A stretch of 16,981 nucleotides of DNA, taken from NCBI RefSeq assembly GCF_006345805.1, contig NW_021824998.1, positions 1-16,981 on the forward strand, given 5' to 3'. The position numbers and the translations under genes are program-made. Below are positions 10,653-16,981 of this stretch, piece after piece (the first letter of the stretch is position 1; every line of letters begins with the position of its first letter). The notes below the pieces were generated by a model that worked only from the letters and a program-made list of their open reading frames with translations, searched no databases and had not been told where the DNA came from. The stretch is from Octopus sinensis. Taxonomy: Eukaryota.

Positions 10653-10932
10653 CCGCCACCGCCACCACCACCACCACCAACACCAGCACAACCACCACCA
10701 CCACACCACCACCACCACCACCGCCGCCACCACCACCGCCACCACCACCACCACCACCACCATTATCACCCTTCACCACCACCACCGCCACCACCACCGC
10801 CACCGCCACCGCCGCCACCACCACCACCACCATATCACCCTCCACCACCACCACCACCACCACCAACACCACCACACCAGCACAACCACCACCACCATTA
10901 TCACCCCCCGCCGCCGCCACCACCACAACCAT
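10412..10932. repeat. (CCA/CCG)n trinucleotide tract with recurring interruption motifs
   Basis: CCA arrays punctuated by ATTATCACCCTCC-like and CAGCACAACC motifs. Confidence 0.94.
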
Positions 10933-11437
10933 TTCTCTTTTCCTTCTTTTCCCCCACCTCATCTTCGTTTAGTCCCCCATTTTAAACCAGCCACATACCG
11001 CGGTCTCCCACCCTGTGCACCCGCACATTTCACTTTTTCCTTTTCCTTTTTATTCTTCCCCCACCTCCACCTTTGCTACAATCCCATCAATCTACCCTGT
11101 TTACAATTTCCCACCCTCTTTACGACACCTGTTCCGTGCCATCCTATTCTTCGGCGGATCTACGAGGGTATTGTACAACTTCTACCCCGTCCACATCTAA
11201 AACCCACCCCTCTCATATAGGTTAATCCCTCTTGGTTGTTCAGCCCTACCCCAGGTTAATCCAAGAACCTTAAAATAATTACAAGCTACGGAGGGAGGGG
11301 CAAACTCGTAGCTAAGATATACATGCAAACATATATACATATATATATACATGTGTGTGTGTGTGTGTAAGGATTGATGCATACATATATACATACACAC
11401 ATACAAATATACATGAATATAAACATAAACATGTGTT

Positions 11438-11601
11438 GAGTGGTTGTGTGGTAAGTAGCTTGCTTACCAGCCACATGGTTCCGGGTTCAGTCCCACTGCG
11501 TGGCACCTTGGGCAAGTGTCTTCTACTATAGCCTCGGGCCAACCAAAGCCTTGTGAGTGGATTTGGTAGACCGAAACTGAAAGAAGCCCGTCGTATATAT
11601 G

Positions 11602-11631
<30 letters not shown>
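11438..11631 (+). mobile_element. SINE family A 5' half (tRNA-like head, core, TA/TG linker)
   Basis: TGGTTGTGTGGTAAGTAGCTTGC...GGTTCAGTCCC...CTTGGGCAAGTGTC...GAAAGAAGCCCGTCG then (TA)n(TG)n. Confidence 0.92.
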
Positions 11632-12080
<449 letters not shown>

Positions 12081-12089
12081 TAAGCAGTT

Positions 12090-12122
12090 TGCCCGATACG
12101 CTAACGTGTCTGCCAGCTCGCA
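12090..12122 (-). mobile_element. SINE family B head fragment
   Basis: Reverse complement GCGAGCTGGCAGACACGTTAGCGTATCGGGC. Confidence 0.7.
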
Positions 12123-12164
12123 GACTTGAGAAACATTTCAATAAAAGAATAAAACATATTCTTT

Positions 12165-12206
12165 GGAGCAAGCGAGTTTCGAACCCGCGACCTTCAGCCA
12201 AAAGCA
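12165..12206 (-). pseudogene. tRNA 3'-half relic related to the tRNA-Val cluster
   Basis: Minus strand GCTGA-AGGTC-GCGGG-TTCGAAA-CTCGC-TTGCTCC: variable loop, T-arm and 3' acceptor strand present; anticodon loop damaged; D-arm absent. Confidence 0.72.
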
Positions 12207-12287
12207 TTTAAATAGAGTCGGTTGCATGTAGAAGTTTATATAATGTAACACAGTATGATGGGTTTAAGGGTGAAAAATCGTGTCCTC

Positions 12288-12780
12288 GGTGCAAGTGTGG
12301 CTCGGTGATACGAAGTTTGCTTCCCAGCCACACGGTTTCGGGTTCAGTTCCACTGCGTGGCACCTTAGGCAAGTGTTTCCTACTATAGCCTTCTGAGTCG
12401 ATTTGGTAGCGGAAACTGAAAGAAGCCGGTCATATAGATATGTGTATATGTGTTGAGGCGAATTTGTATGTATGTATGTATGTATGTATGTATGTATGTA
12501 TGTATGTATGTATGTGTGTATGTATTATGTATGTATGTATGTATGTATGAATGTGTGTATGCATGTATGTGTGTGTGTGTTTGTTTCTGCGTTTGTGTTT
12601 GTCTCTGTGTCGGTTTGTTTACGTCCGCATAACATATCGGTTCGGCGAAAGAGTCCTATAGAATACGTAGCAAACTTGAGAAAAATAATTGTTGGGAACG
12701 ATTGGTTCGGCTAAATTCTTCGTCACTGTGCCCCAGCATGGCCGCAGTCCAATGACTGAAAGAAGGAAAAGATAAAAGAT
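12288..12780 (+). mobile_element. Diverged full-length SINE family A with expanded (TATG)n/(TG)n linker
   Basis: Head/core 12288-12432, microsatellite ~12435-12600, 3' body ending CCAGCATGGCCGCAGTCCAATGACTGAAAGAAGGAAAAGATAAAAGA. Confidence 0.85.
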
Positions 12781-13019
12781 ATATTGTCCGTTCATGCTCG
12801 AGCGCGATCCTGTAAAACTGCAAATGGGGCGTGGCACCAAAATGGTTGAGAACCATTACTCTAGGCATTCTACGATATATTCTGTTATTTCAAAGAAAAT
12901 GTCCAAATATAAAAGACAAGCAAATTTCAGTTTAAAAAAAAACGGTAGGTTCCAGCGAGTTTCGAACTCGCGACCTTCTGCGTGTTAAGCAGATGTGATA
13001 ACCACTACACCATGTGATC
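12722..13019. repeat. Local duplication unit copy 1 (SINE tail, spacer, tRNA)
   Basis: Shares CCAGCATGGCCG, GTTCATGCT, CTGTAAAA, TGGGGC, TGAGAACCATTA, AGGCATTCT, CAAAGAAAA, TCCAAATAT with 13451-13752. Confidence 0.88.
12948..13019 (-). pseudogene. tRNA-Val(AAC) pseudogene with broken acceptor stem
   Basis: GATCACA-TG-GTGT-AGTGGTTA-TCAC-A-TCTGC-TTAACAC-GCAGA-AGGTC-GCGAG-TTCGAAA-CTCGC-TGGAACC; three acceptor-stem mismatches (positions 2, 4, 5); T9 terminator at 12934-12942. Confidence 0.88.
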
Positions 13020-13335
13020 ATCCTACAGTGTCAAATTAATTGCGGAAACTGAGGTATTTCAGCGATGTCGCACATCGTAAAATTGCATCAATGGAACAGC
13101 CGAGCTTCTGGGATAGACCGAAAGAGCTACGACTCTACTCTCTGGAGCAAAGACGGGAGAGGTATACAGTGATATATGTCTGGAAGATACTGGAGGGGGG
13201 GGGGGCTGGCACCAAACTTCGGAATTAAGAGCTACACCGGACCCCGAACTGGACGTCACTGTTCCTAAGGTCCCAGCAACCCCCATCAAAATGAGGACCA
13301 TGTACTGCAACAGCTTGGGATTCCGATTGTGGGGC
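13013..13335 (+). mobile_element. CR1-group LINE ORF2 C-terminal fragment (decayed)
   Basis: With frameshifts: (W>*)SSYSVKLIAETEVFQR, SFWDRPKELRLYSLEQRRERYTVIYVWKILEG, LAPNFGIKSY, VPKVP...MYCNSLGFR. Matches the CR1-type WSP-x5-I-x2-LE-x-VQR and L-SLE-RR motifs. Confidence 0.85.
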
Positions 13336-13450
13336 ATTCCGATTAAGAATATTGCATTATTTGCTTTGGAAAATTTTTAGTTAGAAGCATTTAAAGTCAC
13401 GTGTTTTCAGCCATGACCACGCGGCTTCATTAATTATTGTTTTTCATTTC

Positions 13451-13752
13451 ATCACCGTGCTCCAGCATGGCCGTAGTTCAATGATTGAATCAAGGAGAAG
13501 ATAAAAAGATGAATGACATACTGTCTGTTTGTTCATGCTTGGATTCAATTCTGTAAAATTGCAAGTGGGGCATGGAACCAAAGTGACTGAGAACCATTAT
13601 TCGAGGCATTCTGCTATGTATTCGGTTATTGCAAAGAAAACATCCAAATATGAAATATTAAATTGTTAAGAAAAGTAAAATAAAAAATAAAAAATAAAAA
13701 ATAGTAGGTTCAAGAGAGTTTCGAACTCAAAACCTTTTGCTGGCTAAGCAGA
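13451..13752. repeat. Local duplication unit copy 2 (SINE tail, spacer, truncated tRNA)
   Basis: Colinear with 12722-12995 at an offset of ~730-760 bp. Confidence 0.88.
13707..13752 (-). pseudogene. tRNA 3'-part relic, Val-type backbone with AGC at the anticodon position
   Basis: TCTGC-TTAGCCA-GCAAA-AGGTT-TTGAG-TTCGAAA-CTCTC-TTGAACC; starts at position 27; stems partly broken. Confidence 0.78.
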
Positions 13753-13843
13753 GTAAACTCTAAATTGTGGAGAATGCACCTATTTATTCAGTTACTTCAT
13801 CGAAAACATCTAAACAAAAAACTAGAATTATCAAATTTAATTT

Positions 13844-13854
13844 AAAAAAGAAAA
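13844..13854 (-). terminator. Pol III T-tract terminator of tRNA-Val(AAC)
   Basis: Minus strand TTTTCTTTTTT, 6 nt after the discriminator base. Confidence 0.7.
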
Positions 13855-13860
13855 TTATAA

Positions 13861-13932
13861 GGTTCCAGCGAGTTTCGAACTCACGACCTTCTGCGTGTTA
13901 AGCAGATGTGATAACCACTACACCATGGAACC
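13861..13932 (-). tRNA. tRNA-Val(AAC), intact cloverleaf
   Basis: GGTTCCA-TG-GTGT-AGTGGTTA-TCAC-A-TCTGC-TTAACAC-GCAGA-AGGTC-GTGAG-TTCGAAA-CTCGC-TGGAACC; 7-bp acceptor, 5-bp anticodon stem, T-stem with one G-U; A and B boxes intact; discriminator (13860) is U. Confidence 0.9.
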
Positions 13933-14104
13933 TCATTGCTGTCTGCTTTTATTAAACTATATAATGATAGTTTTTAGATGTTGTGATGTTGGCATTGTTT
14001 CATTTCATTTTATTTGGTGCAAAATTCTTTTTAGTGCCAATACGTATGTCTCTGCAACTTTAGCAGTACAGATAACCATTCTAATATTGCCAAAAGGTTA
14101 TCAA

Positions 14105-14268
14105 TTTTGGGGTTAAATCGATTTCATCGACCTCAGTGATCGATTGGTACTAATTTTATCAACCGCAAAGGGATAAATAAGCCAAGTCGAACTCGGCGAA
14201 ATTTGAACTCACAGCGTAAAGCCGGACAAAATGCTGTTGAAACATTTTGTCTGACGTGCTTAACGCTT
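14105..14268 (-). mobile_element. Older diverged SINE family B-like copy
   Basis: AAATCGATTTCATCGACCTCAG...TTTATCAACC...AAGTCGAACTCGGCGAAATTTGAACTCA...GTGCTTAACG. Confidence 0.75.
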
Positions 14269-14270
14269 CT

Positions 14271-14548
14271 TATTTCTTTATTGCCCACAAGGGGCTAAAC
14301 AAAGAGGGGACAAACAAGGAAATATAAAGGGATTAAGTCGATTACATCGACCCCAGTGCGTAATTAGTGCTTAATTTATCGACCCCGAAAGGATGAAAGC
14401 AAAGTCGACCTGGGCGGAATTTGAACTCAGAACGTAGCGGCAGACGAAATACCTATTTCTTTACTACCCACAGAGAGGACAAACAAGGACAGACAAACGG
14501 ATTAAGTCGATTATCTCGACCCCATTGCGTAACTGGTACTTAATTTAT
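14271..14548 (-). mobile_element. Two tandem SINE family B copies (14271-14453, 5'-truncated; 14454-14548, tail portion)
   Basis: Both begin TATTTCTTTA..CCCAC on the plus strand; junction GAAATACC|TATTTC at 14453/14454. Confidence 0.9.
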
Positions 14549-14774
14549 TGGCGAGCTGGCAGAATCGTTAGCACGCCGGGCGAAATGCGTAGTCGTATAT
14601 CGTCTGCCGTTACGTTCTGAGTTCAAATGCCGCCGAGGTCGACTTTGCCTTTCATCCTTTCGTTGATAAATTAAGTACCAGTTATGCACTGGGGTCGATG
14701 TAATCGACTTAATCCGTTTGTCTGTCCTTGTTTGTCCCCTCTATGTTTAGCCCCTTGTGGGTAATAAAGAAACA
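14549..14774 (+). mobile_element. Full-length SINE family B with 14-bp target-site duplication
   Basis: Head GGCGAGCTGGCAGAATCGTTAGC, B box GAGTTCAAATGC, tail CCCCTTGTGGGTAATAAAGAAA; GGTACTTAATTTAT at both 14535-14548 and 14775-14788. Confidence 0.93.
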
Positions 14775-15164
14775 GGTACTTAATTTATCGAAACTGTGTG
14801 ATACACGCCAGCTCACTTTGAATCGTTCTCAGTTTAAAGACGCCTGTTGTTATTTCTTGTTGTATTCGTAATTGTGTACCATGTTCTCCGTTCTTTTAAT
14901 TTGGTTGTTTGTTTGTTTTTGACTTTGTTGCCGTACCTATTCGTTAGTTTTCTGACAAAGGGGTCTAATGCACTTAGCTTAGACTTTGGGGGGGGGGGGA
15001 GACAACCAGATAGAACCATTTCAAGTGTAACTGTCCGAAATGGTTGTGACTTCTGGTACTTGACTGATGAAATTGTTGTTTCTCTTGTCTGCCTTTGTGT
15101 TGTCTATCTGTCCGAATGTATTAATGCCCTCTATTCCGCTTTTGTTCCATTTATATACAATAAT

Positions 15165-15186
15165 ACATAATTATATATATATGTAT

Positions 15187-15220
<34 letters not shown>

Positions 15221-15233
15221 ATATATACATACA

Positions 15234-15264
<31 letters not shown>

Positions 15265-15348
15265 CATCTATCTATCTATCTATATCTATCTATCTATCTA
15301 TCTATCTCTATCTATCTATCTCTCTCTCTCTCATATATATATATACAT
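15165..15348. repeat. Compound (TA)n/(TACA)n/(TCTA)n microsatellite
   Basis: Directly visible. Confidence 0.95.
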
Positions 15349-15567
15349 ATATTACATTATATATAAGGGCTTAGTAAAATAAATTACTTTGCCACATACT
15401 GAACTCATTAGAAATAGCAGCTAAAGAAATTTCTTCAGCTATTTCTAATACTTAAAGAAGATCTCTCAGAGATAGCTGAAGAGAAATTTCTTTAGCTGCT
15501 ATTTCTAATGAGTTCAGTATGTGGCAAAGTAATTTATTTTACTAAGCCCTTATATATAATGTAATAT
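15349..15567. mobile_element. Fold-back palindromic element (MITE-like), 85-bp perfect arms plus a 13-bp extension and 21-nt loop
   Basis: 15349-15433 is the exact reverse complement of 15483-15567; 15434-15446 pairs with 15468-15480 with one mismatch after a 2-nt bulge. Confidence 0.85.
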
Positions 15568-15678
15568 TTTGAATTCGCCTATAATGGTCCCTTTACATAC
15601 TGAATACTTGGTGAAATTGATTAATTAATTTTACCCTCAATTGTTGAAATTATATATACATATATATATATATATACA

Positions 15679-15832
15679 TTTATTCTTTTATTCATTTACT
15701 TGTTTCAGTCATTTGACTGCGGCCATGCTGGAGCACCGCCTTTAGTCGAGCCCACAGCTTTTTCTTTGTAAGCCTAATACTCACTCTATCGTTCTCTATT
15801 GCCGAACCGCTAGGTTATGGGGACATAAACGC
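15679..15832 (-). mobile_element. SINE family A 3' half
   Basis: TTACTTGTTTCAGTCATTTGACTGCGGCCATGCTGGAGCACCGCCTTTAGTCGAGC...GCCGAACCGCTAGGTTATGGGGACATAAAC. Confidence 0.9.
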
Positions 15833-16037
15833 ACATATATATGCGAGGCAATTTAGACACACACATACACACACACATACACACACACATATATATGTAT
15901 ATATATATATATGTATGTATATATATATAGGTGTGTGTGTGTGTGTGTATGTATATATATGTGTGTATATAAATATATATATATATAGAGAGAGAGGGGA
16001 AGGGAGAGAGGGACAGAGAGAGAGGGACAGAGAGAGA
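15833..16037. repeat. (CA)/(TA)/(TG)/(GA) compound microsatellite
   Basis: Directly visible; includes short GAGAGAGAGGGACA repeats. Confidence 0.92.
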
Positions 16038-16039
16038 GG

Positions 16040-16250
16040 GACAGAGAGAGAGAGATGACTGTGTGAGTGTCTGTGTTTGCTACCCGTAACCGCTTGACAA
16101 CCAGTAGTTTGGTCTTATTCCCGTATTTCGGCAAAAGAAACAGAAAATGAACCAGACTTTAAAAAATTTAAAAAAAAAAAAAAAAAGTAAATAATAAATC
16201 GTTTTCAGGACGATGTCCCAGAATGGCCGCAGTTCAATGACTGAAACAAT
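16040..16250 (+). mobile_element. Diverged SINE family A 3' half
   Basis: GTCTGTGTTTG...CGCTTGACAACC...TTCGGCAAAAG...CCCAGAATGGCCGCAGTTCAATGACTGAAACAA. Confidence 0.78.
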
Positions 16251-16254
16251 TTTT

Positions 16255-16260
16255 AAAAAA
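16255..16260 (-). terminator. Pol III T6 terminator of tRNA-Val(TAC)
   Basis: A6 on the plus strand ~20 nt past the tRNA 3' end. Confidence 0.6.
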
Positions 16261-16280
16261 GAATATATATTTATCTATAA

Positions 16281-16352
16281 GGCTCCAGCGAGTTTCGAAC
16301 TCGCGACCTTCTGCGTGTAAAGCAGACGTGATAACCACTACACTATGGAACC
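16281..16352 (-). tRNA. tRNA-Val(TAC), intact cloverleaf
   Basis: GGTTCCA-TA-GTGT-AGTGGTTA-TCAC-G-TCTGC-TTTACAC-GCAGA-AGGTC-GCGAG-TTCGAAA-CTCGC-TGGAGCC; the 5' two-thirds match the metazoan Val-TAC type as recalled; U3-G70 wobble; discriminator (16280) is U. Confidence 0.92.
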
Positions 16353-16683
16353 ACAAGGCAAGACTGTTTCTGTTATGTTATTTAAAGATAGTGTTGAGAT
16401 AATTCGGATGTAAACACTGGGCGAATTTGTTTGATTTGTTCCAAAATTCTGCTTAATACAGATACTACACTGACAGCTTAATATTGTATAATCATTCGCT
16501 CATCTGACCCCAAAACCAGATTGTATTGTCCCCTCTTCGTTGACCCCTTGTGGGTAATAAAAAATCAGTTATGATGGACCACGTCAGAGTTGTTTAGCAC
16601 AATGGTACAAACCACCCAGCTGTAATTTGAGAGGTACGGAGTTCGATTCCCTGTAGTGGCTGCTGGCTGCTTTCTTTTCTTTA

Positions 16684-16900
16684 GGGCGGCAAACTGGCAG
16701 AAAGGTTAAGCACGCTGGGCGAAATGTCTAGCGGTATTTCGTCTGTCTTTATGTTCTGAGTTCAAATTCCGCAGAGGTCGACTTCGCCTTTCATCCTTTC
16801 GGGGTCGATAAATTAAGTATCAGTTACGCACTGGGGTCGATCTAATTGACTGGACGCCCCTCCCCAAAAATGTCGGCCCTTGTGCCTTGAGTAGAAATAA
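16684..16900 (+). mobile_element. SINE family B variant with an alternative 3' tail
   Basis: Same head and core as 14549-14710, then CCCCTCCCCAAAAATGTCGGCCCTTGTGCCTTGAGTAGAAA instead of the ...CCCCTTGTGGGTAATAAAG tail. Confidence 0.87.
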
Positions 16901-16910
16901 ATTTAATAAA

Positions 16911-16981
16911 GGCGGCGAGCTGGCAGAAACGTTAGCACGCCGGGCGAAATGCCTTGCGGTATTCGTCTGCCGTTACGTTCT
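16911..16981 (+). mobile_element. SINE family B head, runs off the right window edge
   Basis: GGCGGCGAGCTGGCAGAAACGTTAGCACGCCGGGCGAAATG...CGTCTGCCGTTACGTTCT. Confidence 0.9.

Noticed and set aside
2468-10932. Long-range pairing between the (GGT)n tract and the (CCA)n tract
   Set aside because: Complementarity is only that of simple repeats ~8 kb apart; their interruption motifs differ, so they are not copies of one element.
5605-10932. CRISPR-like or telomeric array
   Set aside because: No constant repeat with unique spacers, and no (TTAGGG)n; the context is eukaryotic simple repeat.
10301-11220. Poly-His, poly-Thr and poly-Pro ORFs resembling formin, mucin or His-rich proteins
   Set aside because: All three frames are translations of one (CCA)n tract, flanked by microsatellite-derived sequence.
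11160-11300. TACGAGGG and other motifs reminiscent of a mariner terminus
   Set aside because: No partner inverted repeat or transposase sequence was found in the window; similarity is too short to call.

Overview
Eukaryotic, repeat-dominated non-coding DNA with no intact protein-coding gene; every long ORF in the supplied track is explained by simple repeats or decayed transposons. The two SINE families, the fold-back elements and the microsatellite density resemble octopus (coleoid cephalopod) genomic repeats. That assignment is from memory, not from a database search. Contents in order: a dead Tc1 transposase (1-812, minus); a mariner 5' fragment; a 5'-truncated RTE-clade LINE (3575-4502) whose ORF2 tail encodes three related C2H2 zinc fingers (one intact, two degraded); two long fold-back palindromes (4950-5192, 15349-15567); a ~3.9 kb (TCCA)n satellite inside a ~5.6 kb C-rich/G-poor block; many tRNA-derived SINE copies, several nested or inverted; and a minus-strand cluster of tRNA-Val genes and relics (12165-16352). 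The tRNA copies share one backbone but carry AAC, TAC or AGC anticodons, sit on a locally duplicated unit, and four of the five have a U discriminator. One copy has its acceptor stem overwritten by a CR1-like LINE fragment. SINE families are called A and B here because exact family names cannot be assigned without a library search.
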